DNA of 63,419 bases, filler included, from Rhabdomonas costata (GCA_019059605.1; 33 parts of 33 records of this genome joined end to end with filler, not necessarily neighbours in it), one strand, 5' to 3'. Shown: positions 46,105 through 59,572, counted from the first letter of the whole stretch. Numbers and translations: made by a program. The notes: generated by a model not told the origin, from the letters alone.

Positions 46105-49100
46105 NNNNNNNNNNNNNNNNNNNNNNNNNNNNNNNNNNNNNNNNNNNNTTAATTAATTAANNNNNNNNNNNNNNNNNNNNNNNNNNNNNNNNNNNNNNNN
46201 NNNNTGTTGTTGGGTGGCATGACCGGGCAGGTGCGGACGGGAGGTGGTTGTGGGGGGTCCGCGGTCCGCCGTGGCGCCGCTTACGGAGGAGCAGGAGCGG
46301 GGCGAGCGCCTTGGGGTGTTCGTGGCGGAGGAGGGCTGAGAGGAGGAGGAACCCGCGGCCATTCCTGTGGACCCTGAGCCACAGCCGCCACACGCACTAC
46401 CGGAGGTTTCATTTTTTGGGGGGCGGCTTTTATCACCATAATTCACCAAAAGTTAAACTTTTCATGACCCAATCCAGGAACGTCCCCGCCATTTAAGTCC
46501 GCCCCGTCCGCTCCGCGGGATGGTGTCTGCCTCTAAACGAAAGTTATTCCAATTTAATAAAAAAGCCCCAAACGTTTAACGCCCCACCTCCCTACAAAAA
46601 CAATTGTCCCCCTACGCGCAGGTGGGACGACAAGACACTGTTTTTTGTGGAGGCCATTCTGCCATCAGCGGGCTTTCGAATGTTCTCCCGCTGTTGGTCG
46701 AACTAAAACATAATCGACTTCATCTAATTTCCCCTCCAAAAAGACTGCGATGGCGGAAGCATGGGCAATACAGGTGGCTACCCGGAAGGGGGGGGACGGA
46801 TTCAATTTCAAACATTGCATTGGGAAGGGGAGCACCGCACAAAAGAAAAAAAGCCAAATCGAAAAAAACAAGCAAGCAAGCAACCGAGGGAGGGGAAAAA
46901 GAAAGAGAGAAATTCAGGAGGCAGACGCCCGTACCCACTGCGTTTAAGAGTCGGGGGTGGTGTGGATTGTAACGTTGGTAAGGGGATGTATTAAGAGCTC
47001 TGTGAGGACAGTATAATTGTGATAACTGGAAGGAAGAGGCGAGGGAGTGGAAAGAAAGAGAGGGGAGAGAGGCACACCCCCGTCCCCAAAGTGGGCGGTT
47101 AGACCGCCAGAGGGGTTATCCACGGTGGAGGCTAGGGAGTCAAAGGAGTACCCCCGCGAGGGGCATCTCGACAGACACTTCGAGATGCAACTCAGGCAGT
47201 CCGCAACGCACACCAGCTTATCTGAGTGAAATGGGTGAGTGAACATACCGAGTAGGCGAGCGAGTGGAATTACGTCACACACTTCCCCTGATCGTCGATC
47301 ATTGAAGTGGTGATTCAGCTGCGGGCGTCCAGTTTCTTCCGCCACCGATACTGAGCCAAGAACTGGAAGACACAGAGGCGCTTCTCAAAGCCGAGGTCAG
47401 GGACCTGGAACCTCCCGCAGCGCACGGTCACTGGAGATCAAGACGTGCGGCCGAATTGCGAAGGGGTGTGAGTGTGGGTGGAAGAGAAGCGCATGCAAGG
47501 AACACGTGCTTACACAGGCACGAATGCAAGAGACTTGTTGCCAAGCATGTGTGTGTATGGATGGGAGGGCTGCTCTTTCGGCACGACACCAAGAGTGTAA
47601 CGATGAATGTCAAAAAGTCATCAAGGCTAATAAAGCCAGCAAAGCGGGGCCGTTTCAACCGGGGTAAACATTGAAGCAACCACACCAAGGATTCTACGGT
47701 GTGGACAGAAGCAGAGACCAACCTTTTGAACTACCGGCAAACCCCGGCCGCGTGGAAACCCAACAAATAGATGAGAAATTCTGGAGTCATCCAAAACGCT
47801 CAGCTCAGATTAGAAGGAAAACGAGGAGCAGACCTTTCGCGGTGGTGAAGAGGGGCAGGCGGGCGATCAGCTCTGAGACCACGGAGTAGTCGGAGCGCAG
47901 GCGGCTGGGAAGCTGCCGGTAGCTCTCCGTCTGTGTGAGCGCGCGCCGGTATGTGGGTGGGTTGGGATGTCTGAGTTCTGACCGGCCTGTGTGCGTACAC
48001 CACGAAAGGTTAGGGCAAACCACACCCCNNNNNNNNNNNNNNNNNNNNNNNNNNNNNNNNNNNNNNNNNNNNTTAATTAATTAANNNNNNNNNNNNNNNN
48101 NNNNNNNNNNNNNNNNNNNNNNNNNNNNGTGTGGGGTGACTTAGTGGCGCGCGCGGAGAGGGTACCATGGCGGCCAACTCTTTCTCTTTCTTTTCTGCGG
48201 CAATACCTGCAAAAAGAAACCGCACGGACTGCGTCGCTGTAAATTTTGTTTCGATTTGTATTAGGGCTGGAGAATAGAATTTTGTTACATCAAAGCGGAA
48301 CAGATTGATGAAAAGCAACAAAATAGGACACTGCAGAAAACGTCATGATATCGGGGTTGGGTTCATGTGTGGGTGTTGTATGCAAAAAGCATATGTATGC
48401 AGAAGTCTAATTCCCACAACTAAGGAAAAATTCAACTTCTTTTAGGTCACTTTCAAAAATATGGAGAGGTAACACAGTTCCCCGCTTACTGCGAATCTAT
48501 CTTTCGCCTTTTACTAAAGATAGCGGTTGGCTGGGGAATATATCAATTTTTGGAACATTCTTTTTTATGTTTTTCATTCTGAGAATTTTTTTGGTGGGGC
48601 GCTTTTGCTCTCTGCCGGGGGCGCCACGCAAACGGGCAACAACATACTTTTTGCGTGAAAAGAAAGCAGTACCAGCAATATCAGCACCTCAGAGTCGATC
48701 CTTTTTTCTGTGCCTGACCGGTTCAATTTCTCTGAAAGTTCACAGCCCACCAAAATGTCAGGTCTTGTCACAGGTTCGTTGCAGTCGTGTTGACGTTGCT
48801 CAACGGAGCACCTATTCCCTCCTAGGGGGTTACAACCCCCCCTGGGCGCAGAGCGCTTTGTGGCACAAGAGAACAACAGTCAAATAGTGGAGGCTTTGAA
48901 GACCTAAGGGTCCCCCGCCCCGCCTGGAGGCCCACAGGAGAGTTCAAGGCAGACAGTTTCAGAACAGACAAATGACAACAAAATGACTTTGTTCTCTTCG
49001 TTCTAAACTTCACGCTTCTCATGAGGTTCACAATTGACGCTGCCGGTGGCGCCAGACTGCCGACGGACGAGATCCCTCTGCCAGATCTCTGCTGGTGGGT

Positions 49101-52100
49101 GCGGGTGCCCCAAGGGGCCGATGTTAACTTCCTGGTCTTTGTTCTGAACTGCCTGCAGAAACGTCTCCCTGATGCGCTGGAGGTAGCTGTATTGCTTTCC
49201 AACATGGAAGGTCGATCATTGCAATCTGTAGCACCCCCTTGAAAAATACCCCCCCATAAACATTTATAAAACCCCACCGTGTAAATTGCACGCAGACCGC
49301 CTCCCTGAGGAAAGACCGCGAGGAGCGCCTTCTGCCTTGCTTAGTTGCTCATCCCCGTTGTGAGCCACCGTTTTCTGCCGTTGTTCAACGCCTTTCCTTC
49401 ACCAGCAGGTTTTGATCTTTGACTTAGGTTCAGTCTTCTCACTCTGAAAATTTTCGGTCATTGGTCAAGTGAAGATGTTGGACTTTGCGTAGAAATTCTT
49501 GTTTGTGTCTGGTGCCTCTACCTTTTTTCTGTGGTTTTTTCTTTTTGCTCTTTCCTCCCACTAAAGCGAGGTGCGAGGTCCCCTTACTGTTACCTCAACT
49601 CGGTGTTTTTTGTCAGAGGTGCTGATGAGCCGGACAGGTGGAGATGGACCCGTTAACCCCCCCCCCATCTCATTTCATGGTGAACGACAGCCTGTTAGTG
49701 AGTTCGCAGCGCAGGTTGGTTGTTGTGGTTTTGGTTTGTTTGCTTGCTTGTTTGTTCCACGTGCTCGCACTTCCACCCCGGTCCCTTCCCTTTTCATGAC
49801 CCCCTTTGTACTTTTGTTTTCACCAAAGAACTGCCTGGATACCCTCTCTTCACATTCGGGTTCCCTGACTCTTTCTCGAATTTTGCTCTCCATTTTGCAT
49901 CCGATGCGTTGCTGCCGCGAACCTCCTTTAACAAAACTGTTACACCACCCCCNNNNNNNNNNNNNNNNNNNNNNNNNNNNNNNNNNNNNNNNNNNNTTAA
50001 TTAATTAANNNNNNNNNNNNNNNNNNNNNNNNNNNNNNNNNNNNNNNNNNNNGATACCGCACAGTATCGTGAGTTGTGAGGGAGGGGTGCTGTAAAGTGA
50101 CAAGAAACGAAATTCAGTTTTTTAAATTCAATCTTTGTATAAAAACTCTCAACGGGTTTGGTCCCATGTTCCAAGTGAGTTGACGCCTAAGTTGGATACG
50201 TTGCACCACTCCCTCTGGCTGAATTCATTACAAACCAGATGGAAACCACTGGGGGAAGGAAAGGAAGGAATGCCTACACCAAAATCCAAGGGTGCTTGAT
50301 TCGCTTTGGTGCGCTTGCCTTCATCGCCGGATCCAGATGTGCGTATTTGGTCTCCACTTCATTGCAGGGTTCTGCTGCGCGAACAATTCAAACGACCAAG
50401 GGCAACCAACCACCATGAACTCAAGAAACACCATTCATTTGAGGTAGTGAGTGGGTTCGGCACCTGGTCCATAAGGACGCGAGCACCGAAAGATATGACA
50501 TCTATCAGACAACTTTACCACTGTCCCCTTGTTGCATTGTTGCATTGTTGCATTTTGTTGACTTTTCTTTGGAGAGGGAGGGGGGAGCGTTAAAATCACG
50601 CCATTAAACGGTAGAAAACATGAAAACAAAAAATATACTTCGTCAGTTAAATCATCATCTGGGGCCACTGAGGGAACAGGATACCTAACCACGCACAAAT
50701 AAATGAGCAGAGAGCTCCCTTGCTTCGACATTGCCCGCTTATTTCGAAAATCTTTGATTTTTCAGGTTGACTCTTAAGCTTCAAGTGGCTTGGCGCTCAG
50801 GTTGGGCTCGTTGGGTCCATTTGGTTGGTCCCACCCTCCACCCCACCCCTTCCCTTTCTGCTCCTAAATTATACCATACGAGAGTATGAAAATACGACAT
50901 TGGAGGGGGTAAAGAGCCGCCATATGGGCGAAATCCGGACTTACATGAAGGCACCAGCTCACTGGGACCCGGATGCCGGAGAGCATACACGCACTGGGAC
51001 CAGCACAAGGAGGCGATGCGCACACGCACCGGGACACCGCCCGATCTGGGTATTGAACACTGGTCCAATTCAATGTTGTCTCGATCGATCCGCAAAATCC
51101 TTAAAAAAAAAAGTTAACGCCATTTAACACCCCGTCCTCATAAAGCAATGTCCGCCTATTGTCGCCGTACCCCACCGTTAACAGCAAGCACATACCGAGG
51201 TACCTTGCAAAAAACACATCGCAATCAACACCAACGACTTTGGGTCCAAAAATGGACCGAGAGTGCAGACTTGGGAACCACAACTCCAGCCGTAAGTCAG
51301 TGCACGTCTGTAATGTTGCTGCGCCGGGAGGCAAACGTCTGCAGTGGTGGGCGATGGTTGTGGTAGCCACTACGACTGCGTAGAGGAAGAGGACACGGTG
51401 GTGCGGAGAGAAAGCAACAAAGGAAGGTGTGTGTGTGTGTGTGTGTGAGCGAAGTGTCCCAGCCCTAACGAGCAAAAAGAGTGCGTCGTCGTGTGTCTGG
51501 AAGGTTTGGTGTGGACCCGGCGGCCAAACGCACATACACACACACTCACACACACATATTTTGATTCTGAACTCAAGCCCATCTACCCCCCAAAAAAAAG
51601 GGAAGGAAAAACAAACCAAACCAAGCGTCTGCACGCCTTTGATGTGGTATACCGAACTACCCACCCAAAGGGACACAGCGAGAGAGAGAGGACCAAGAGA
51701 CACACTCCTGCCCCTATTGATGGGGCAACGTAACTGCGTCACTCCACCAAAACACGAGCACAGACACAAGAGGTGAAGGATGCTCACTTCATTTAAGCCC
51801 AATTAACGGGTCCACCCGGCCCTCTCAATTATTGGGGCCGCTAATTTTTAAAGCGAACGACAACCACACCAACCACNNNNNNNNNNNNNNNNNNNNNNNN
51901 NNNNNNNNNNNNNNNNNNNNTTAATTAATTAANNNNNNNNNNNNNNNNNNNNNNNNNNNNNNNNNNNNNNNNNNNNGGTGGTGTGGGACACAGAAGAACA
52001 TCTCACTTAATCTTGAATTTATTTTTCAGTTCACCGCTTTCGAGAACAATGTGCGTTGAAACTATAAAAGCCATGACGAAGGCGATATGATGTTAGATAA

Positions 52101-52177
52101 TTGCTGTGCTTTGAAGAGGGTCTCCATGTGTTGCCAATCGCACAACTGCACAACTGCGTGTTGCTGCAAATGTGCAG

Positions 52178-52804
52178 GCTTCTCAGCGGTTTCAGTCCCA
52201 CGCTGCCCGTGTGCTGGTCGCGCTGCCCTGCTGTCAAGCCCTTCCCTCCATCCTCCACGCCTCGGCTCTGCTCAACGTGGAGATTCCTGCCACCAGCCAG
52301 GCTTACGTGGAGCGCCTGTCGGCGTTCCGGGGTGCAACTTGTGCTGCCCGACCACAGCCCAGCAAGTCTCTCACTCTGGTGACCTTGGTGACCTCTTCGG
52401 AGCAGGAGCAGTGGGGCCGCTTGTCTGCCGAGCTTGGAGTGCCTTTCAACAAGATGGACCTTCCGCAATTTCAGCAACAGCCGCAGCCAGAGCCTCAAAC
52501 GGTAGCTGACCTTGACGGTTGCTGTCCCGCCTCAGTAGCAGAGGTTTCTATGGTGGAGACAACAGTTGGGTCCTTGGTTCAGGAGTTGGTGGAAACTGCC
52601 ATGGACTTTCCCAATGAACCGATGGGACCCCATTCTCCTCCTGCTCTTCCGGTCAGCCCAGCGGGCGCGGAGGACGGGCCGATGAAGAGGTTGGTGCTGG
52701 AGCTGCTTGAGTCAGCGTTGGGAAATGTGCCTGCCGAGGACCTTGGGACGGGGTCCGCTGCGGATGAGATGGAGCCCGAGAGCAAACGGCAGAAGATACA
52801 GTAA
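52178..52804 (+). CDS. Terminal exon with a degenerate DEAD-box helicase C-terminal domain and acidic tail
   Basis: RFQSHAARVLVA..ALLNVEIPATSQAYVERL..LVTLVTSSE aligns with HELICc F..G..RVLVAT..VINYD.P....YxHR..ITLVT; ends with NLS-like SKRQK. Confidence 0.6.
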   Translation, partial: ASQRFQSHAARVLVALPCCQALPSILHASALLNVEIPATSQAYVERLSAFRGATCAARPQPSKSLTLVTLVTSSEQEQWGRLSAELGVPFNKMDLPQFQQQPQPEPQTVADLDGCCPASVAEVSMVETTVGSLVQELVETAMDFPNEPMGPHSPPALPVSPAGAEDGPMKRLVLELLESALGNVPAEDLGTGSAADEMEPESKRQKIQ

Positions 52805-53213
52805 CTTCCACTACCTGCAACATTTGGGCATACCCTTTGAGTGGAAGTGCTAAATCTGATTTTAGTGTTTCCACAAAACGTGGTCATGGAGCTATTCACC
52901 AAGATCCAAGATTTCCTTTGATCATTGCAGTGTAAAGCACTGTGTTGATATGACGATGTGAATCAGCTCATTCGGCCTATTAGCACCGTATGCACCAATT
53001 CACTTGAAATAAGCATTAAATAAGCTTAAGAAAAACTCAGATGTCGGTTTCGAGTAGTCATTTTTGGTTCCCAAGGGTATATGAATTTGGCGCTCGAATG
53101 GACTTGTTTCGAGCACACGGTCCTGTTATTTGTCATCCGAGTGTGACGGGCAGTCGTTGTTTTGAACAGTTGCGGATCATTTGTCCCTCTGCCGCGCGTG
53201 CGCATCTTTCAAA

Positions 53214-53757
53214 ATGGAAGGAGGCCCCTCTGGGCATCTCTTCGAGCAGCAGTACAGCCACCTGCTGGAGGAACGGAGGAAGCAAGAGGCTGGCTTAGCA
53301 GAGGTGGATGTGGAGATCTTCGGTCTCCAGCAAAGCCTTCAGCAGGGTCGCACGGGCAGTATTTTCGAAATTATCTTCAGCACCGTCTTTGCAACCCAAC
53401 CCAACCCAACACAACCCAACACAACCCAAACCATTTTTTATGGCTGTTTGTTCGCAGAATCTGCGGAAATCAGAGCGGAAGTATGTGCTCTGGACAGGTT
53501 ACAAGGTATGCCCTGTGATTTGGTGCTTTAATAGCAATGCAATTTTTTAATGCCGTTGGCTGCATATGTTCTTGCATGGCAGTGATTTTAATGCAGTGGC
53601 GATTTCAGATGTCCTTATGATTGATGGGGGGATAACTTATCTGGAATGCCAGTGTTGGTGAAATTCATGTTTTCTCCCCTTTTTTATTCAGCTTCGATTT
53701 CTCAACTTAAAATACGACTTTACGAGCTTCAATGCAAAAGCCATGCCGTTCGCGAGA
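53214..53757 (+). CDS. Hypothetical coiled-coil protein, 5' exons (53214-53346, 53458-53505, 53692-~53757)
   Basis: ATG and two phase-1 GT-AG introns give a continuous E/Q/L-rich heptad-like sequence. Confidence 0.55.
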
Positions 53758-53934
53758 GTATTTCTCTGTACTCCCTCTCCTCACCTCTCCGCTCCCCATC
53801 NNNNNNNNNNNNNNNNNNNNNNNNNNNNNNNNNNNNNNNNNNNNTTAATTAATTAANNNNNNNNNNNNNNNNNNNNNNNNNNNNNNNNNNNNNNNNNNNN
53901 TGTTGGGGGGACCGCTCTCTTTTCTGATGGCTCT

Positions 53935-54460
53935 TTGCTGACCCTCATCACGGTTCTGGGCTCAGTGGGCCCCCCATCACACTTCGAGGACTACTGCACA
54001 AAGAAATTAGCCAGGTTTAAGGGTTTCTTGGATCGGCTGGTTGCGTTAGAATGCACACAAACCTCCTTACTGCTGCGTTCGTGTCTGGGTGCTTGCAAGC
54101 TCTCGCGCACAATGCGTACAACACGCTGGACCGTCAGGCCATGTTGGACGCTGTATGCGCAGAGGCTACACAGTTCGCTCGCTACACCGCTTTCTGTTAC
54201 TGCGCTCCCACACCTCTCGTCGGAACGGGCTTCTGCATGCAATCTGGGGAAGGAACTCAGCAGGGGGACATGCGATCCCCTGGTATTCGCCCTCACCTTT
54301 CACCGAGTCCTCCGAGCCACCTGTCCCCTCGAGGCTGGGCGATGGACCAGCTCTTTCCTTGATATCATCACCGTATGTGTGGGAAAGAGAGAATAGTTCT
54401 TGAAGCGATCTCACGGCTTACACAGCCCACGGCTGCGAACTCTGATGGCACGAACGGAAC
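53935..54460 (+). mobile_element. Degenerate CRE-like non-LTR reverse transcriptase remnant
   Basis: NAYNTLDRQAML..Y..P..SGEGTQQGD / PLVFAL / FLDIITV(G) RT motifs, plus the post-RT VLGS.G..LLLRSCL..KL..MRT block; frameshifted. Confidence 0.8.
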
Positions 54461-55212
54461 TGCGATGCTACCGACCGCGTTACCAGAGTCTTTACAAACA
54501 CCGCCCCGCTGCGCCGCAAGTACTCCCCCTCCCTGCTGGAAAGGGCGTAGAGTTCCAGCTCCTTAGCTTCCAGCAAGAGCCAGCGCCGATCCCAACCTTC
54601 CCACATGGCCTGGCCGTTAGGGCTGCTGCGTTGCGAGCACTCATGGCAGCCATGCTGCCGCGACCCGCAAGGCACGCACTCTTAATTCCATCCAGTTCCT
54701 GCCTCTATTTTGGCTATTTTGCTTCGCCAACTGCAGTTTGGTGACGCACGTTTTCAGTATCTGGTTTGTATAGGACTTTTCCAGTTTCTCTCGACACCAA
54801 CGGAGCACCGCTTACGGCGCACGGACAAGGCAAGTCTGAGTTTAATCATTTTTTGGTGGGTCACCTCTTGTGGTTGTGCCTTTTCGTAATTTTGGGTGAC
54901 TCTTCGTCATCTTTGCAACCACACTCTCATCACCTGTTCTTCTTTCCCTTGGGGTGAAAAGCGTGGGTTGTTGTGTTGTGGTCATCGCAAGTCCGCGTGA
55001 CAACCGCTTTTTGTGTATTTTGTGATGTAAATTAGTGCCCTTTCTTTCGTACAAACTGTGCACAATGCTGATGCAGACAGGAAGCGCTACAATGTGGTGT
55101 GTCATCAGCCGCCAAAAATGGATAGACTGGCTTCGGATGCCAGTACCAGCTTCAGCCATTTCCTGCGGCTCCGCTTAAGCGTAGTTATCTTCTTAAATTA
55201 GTCCGAATACAG

Positions 55213-55724
55213 TACTGGGTGTCCCACTTAACTCTGGGAAGTGGGGTTATTTTTTTTATAAAAAAGTAAACAGTTGACGTATTATATGGGTATGTAGTAC
55301 ATGATATTCATGCATAAGATATGTGGTGGGGCTAGAGGTCAGAATGGTTAGCAGGAACTAGAGAGAAAACATGAGTGCAGTGGGCGGAATGAAAGGTATA
55401 AAAACCTTTGTCGAGTTCGGGTCACTGTGGAGGAAGGATCCCCTCCATGTGTCCTCCGACAGACACAGTGGCGGCACCGATGAGGGAGGTTTGCCATTGC
55501 CGCCCGTGTAGTGGGAGAGGAGAGGGTGGCAATGGCCTGAGAGATGCGGGTTCGGAGTGCACGGAGAGAGGGGAGCGGCTGGGCGAAGACAACCCCCTTT
55601 AGGTGGCCCCATAGGAAGAAATCCATGGGGGAGAGATCTGGTGACCTGAGTGGCCACGGGAAATCACCCCCGTTGGAGATCATTTTTCCCGGGAAGAGTT
55701 GCTGAAGTCGGGGAAACCACACCC
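55213..55724 (-). mobile_element. Second DD41D-like Tc1/mariner transposon 3' end
   Basis: LQQLFPGKMISNGGDFPWPLRSPDLSPMDFFLWGHLK..LRTRISQAI aligns without gaps to the contig-14 element; terminus TACTGGGTGTCC at 55213-55224 is the reverse complement of 25758-25769. Confidence 0.88.
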
Positions 55725-56959
55725 NNNNNNNNNNNNNNNNNNNNNNNNNNNNNNNNNNNNNNNNNNNNTTAATTAATTAANNNNNNNNNNNNNNNNNNNN
55801 NNNNNNNNNNNNNNNNNNNNNNNNGGGTGTTTTTTTACTATGCCTAAATGACTGGCATTAGCTCATGTTACTGGCTTTCGAGTTTTAGATACTACGTTCC
55901 CTAACAATTCACTTGTTGCATGGTATTTTTGTTTCCGAAAAGCGTAGACGAGTGTCAAGCATCCAGCGGCTAGTATTGGTACATATAGGAGATGTCATGC
56001 TGTAATGCATCCAACTTCGAAGGTTTGTTCCATGAAGAACTCTACTAAAATCCTAAGAATGGAGTACAAAATGAGAAAATTGGCCTAAACTATCCCCGTT
56101 GCTCTGCCATGTACACTGGTGTAATTCTTCAAAATCCTTAGTGCGACATAAATTACACTTCCTCATACAGAGCTTCATAGAGTTGGCTGGTGTGCAACTT
56201 ATTGCAGGCGTCATACATGGGAAAGACTATACAAAAAGTAACTCCTGATTAATGAAGTTTGCGATCCTTCCAATAAAGATCCCTATGGGGGCTTTGAGCG
56301 CTGCCGGGTCAATATCATGTAGCAAGGGTAATTTATGTGCCATGCAGAAAGCATAGGCGCAAATTATTACCCCAACTAGACCTTCGTGGAAGACGTGCAT
56401 CTTTTGCACAGCTTCAAGATTTTTATCGGCAATTTATTTATTTAGGGTTATAAACCAGGCATTCACTAGCCTGCTTCATACCAACACCACAAAAATCATA
56501 TAGAAGGCTAAATCTAAGGTAGGTATTTACTTCGGTGGATGAGCTCTTCTTGTCAAAATGTGCTTCAGTAAATCAGATGAGCATCCCAACCACATATAAT
56601 ACCCATGCCAATACACCTGTATCCTTCCTATCGTGAATGCCATTGAGTCCACACTTAATAGCGCTTGCAAAAGGCTCTCGATAATATGCTATCTTAAACC
56701 TTATCTAAAATGCAAAGTTATGAGATTATCAATCCGCCAGACTATACTCACAGAAAATAAGACAGTAAATTAATTTTGATTGGACCAACACTTTTCACTA
56801 CAGTGCTTTCGATGTTTCCTCAGATGTTGCCATGGACCTTGGCTTTTTCTGTGACTAGGAGTGACTTGGATGCTGGTAATTTGGATAACAAGGTTGTGAA
56901 TATTAAAGATTTTGCAGTGAGAATAGGTCGTAAGGGTGACAATGCACAATGTGGTGGAG

Positions 56960-57500
56960 ATTGTCGCATGGCAGATGTAGTTAGACCATCAATAGACGCA
57001 AATATAGTGGGCTTGCACCAGGTATAACTTAAATCTCCGAAAAATGAATCATCATGCTACTGTGTGGCAGGTTTGAGGAAATTGACAATAGTGTTGTGGA
57101 AGAGTGTAATGCGCGCGAGCTGAGCCTTGGAAATTTTGTCGTTTCTGGAGGTGAGGTTGCAGCCATTTAGGCCTGTATCAGGACACTCCCTTTATTGTTG
57201 CCAGAAAGAGGAGTAGTACACGAAGACTTATTTTGCGACTTGTGCTGCTGTGTCTAGTACCATGTGTACAGCAGGCACAAGGTTTGGAGTGGTGGGAATG
57301 TCCCCGAGGTGATCTGCAGTGGACATAACCGTATGTTGTGGAATGGAGGAGACAGAAGGCTGCTGATGTCACGCAAGAGTGCCGTCCTAATTTGTCAGAC
57401 ACGGTTAACAGAAAGGCTTGTTTAGTTCTATGAGTGATATTATTAAGCAGGTAGAGAAGAGAAGTTGGAGGCACTTGCAGCCACTAAAGCCATCCCGTAC
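56960..57500 (-). mobile_element. Highly decayed RLE-type (CRE-like) retroelement C-terminal remnant
   Basis: Stop-riddled WLQVPP..AFLLTVSDKLG / ECPDTGLNGCNLTSRNDKI / FFGDLSY..IDG pieces in the expected order, in an AT-richer contig lacking host exons. Confidence 0.35.
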
Positions 57501-58478
57501 TTTTAGCATTGTTATACTGTAATGGTGGTGAACAAATTTCGCCGGGGTTTGTGTATCATGTCTGGAGGAATAAAGCAATCATATCTTCGTTTAATCTCCG
57601 CATAGTGACAAAGGTGGTTTGTGTTGAGTACACTTTTCCTCTATTTTNNNNNNNNNNNNNNNNNNNNNNNNNNNNNNNNNNNNNNNNNNNNTTAATTAAT
57701 TAANNNNNNNNNNNNNNNNNNNNNNNNNNNNNNNNNNNNNNNNNNNNTGAGTGGCAGCACGTAATCCGCCCTCGAAGTTACTGACCACGTCTGCTTTTGG
57801 TCCAGAATGCACGGACTAGTGTACTATTGCACCTGTTATGGGGGTGCATGTTGGGCGCATAACGCGCTGTCGGAGAAAGGGGTTTTGGGGGGGAGAGGGT
57901 ACCCCGTACACTGTGGTTGTTAGGGCCATTGCGGTATACTTTCATTGTACTATCCATGATTGATGAGCGGTAAAATGGTGTTATACCTCTGGTTGTTTCC
58001 ATTGTAATCTGAGACTTTTGTCGGAGTTAGAGCACAGTGTTTAGAGCTTAGCGGCGCGCAATCAGATCAGTCAGAGTGTCGCCTGAGGTTCGGAGTTGAA
58101 GGTGCACGGCGTGCATCCGAAACACTTTCTTTACGCCAAAACTTCGCCTTTACACAGTGTCCCTAAAAGACTGAAAGGACCGGAGATATACGGGTACTCA
58201 AAAAATCGCCTCGTCTTCGGCGCGCAAAGCACATTTCCATATTGTATAACTACGGGCTTCACTCATCTCTGCATACACTACCATTTTCAGATCAGCGGCA
58301 TAAAAACAGGGTAAAAAGACTTCTGCTCCAATTTTACAGACTATTCTCTGAGTTTTCGGGTGGAGCTAGCCTTACAGGGGCGGAAATCCTTATCTCACAT
58401 AATAACCTAGGTCTTGGGTCGCGGAAATATTCCCCGTCTACAATTGCATCCACAGAACCACACACACCACAGACACAC

Positions 58479-59572
58479 CGCGAAGCAGGAGAGGAGCTCG
58501 CAGCCGATGCTAATGTACGTCGCCTGCCCAGAGGCCAGTCCCACGTGAGGCACAAAGGCTGTGCCCTTGGCGAGCGAACGCAGCCGGGCTGCAGCCTCAC
58601 AGGCCTATCCACCACAAACACGCACAAAATCAAAATCAGCCGCTGGCGCATTGGGGTCACTGCCGGTGTGACTACCCTCATCAAAATGCAAATGCAATTT
58701 CTGCATAAATAATGCAATAAAAATGCATTTCAAGCCAAATTTTTGCCTTGGGTCGATTTTTTCCACATCAACTTTTCCTTTTTACTAGGCGGAGCAGAGC
58801 AAAAGCGGAACCTTTACAAGCATCAACCTCATCTCAGCACAGCCCTTTAAGCCTGTGTCTGCACCAGCGGTATGGCGGTGCAGTGCACTTCGAACCAAAA
58901 GTCCTCAGTGAACCAGAAACGCGTTTCTTGACCACCAAAAACTAAAACGCGAGACACTCGCAGCCGGGCAACGGCCAAGCAAGCGGGTGCATTTTCTATA
59001 TCAAATTCTCTCCAAAAAGGCAAAAACTGCAAAAAAAAACGCAAAAAAAATTGGGCTCAAAATATTCAAATAAAATATGCGTTTTCACCAGAAAAACCGG
59101 CCCGGCCGAAATTGCATTTTTTTTTTGCAAAAATTTGAATTTTGCACTTTTCGCCCACCCCCCTATGTGCCACCAATAAAAATGCTGCATTCCGACCCAC
59201 TGCCAGCACGAAGTACTCCTGCGCTCCAGCGGGCCCGAGCTGAAAGCTTGCAGGTCTGCAAGGGCCCACTAAAGGACCTTAAAAATGCTACCCAGTGCTT
59301 CTGCCTCTTCAAGTGCAAGTGCTTCACTCACCTGAGGAATACTAGCATCCCAAGTAGAACCCCAAACGGCCAGTCTAGTTCAAGTTGTTGCACCCAATCT
59401 CAGGTCCTCGGACCCGGCTCCGGTCCCAGGGGCCCAAATATGCACGTATCCGCGGAACGTATGCACACCTTGAGGCGCCCGGTGGAGCTTCGCGTGGCGG
59501 CGTTCCAGTGGACCAGCAAGGTCTCCCCGTCAATCGACGCCACAGTGCCCCCGAACTGGCACACCACCCACA
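58479..59572 (-). CDS. Class III nucleotide cyclase-like domain, degenerate (exons 59572-59469, 58604-58479)
   Basis: FGGTVASIDGETLLVHWNA..|ACEAAARL..HVGLASGQATYISIG follows the cyclase pattern G.V....GD.L...FN..A...A..HVGL..G.V...IG. Confidence 0.65.

Noticed and set aside
58151-58163. TACACAGTGTCCC similar to the transposon terminus
   Set aside because: Partial match only, with no partner inverted end found in the contig.
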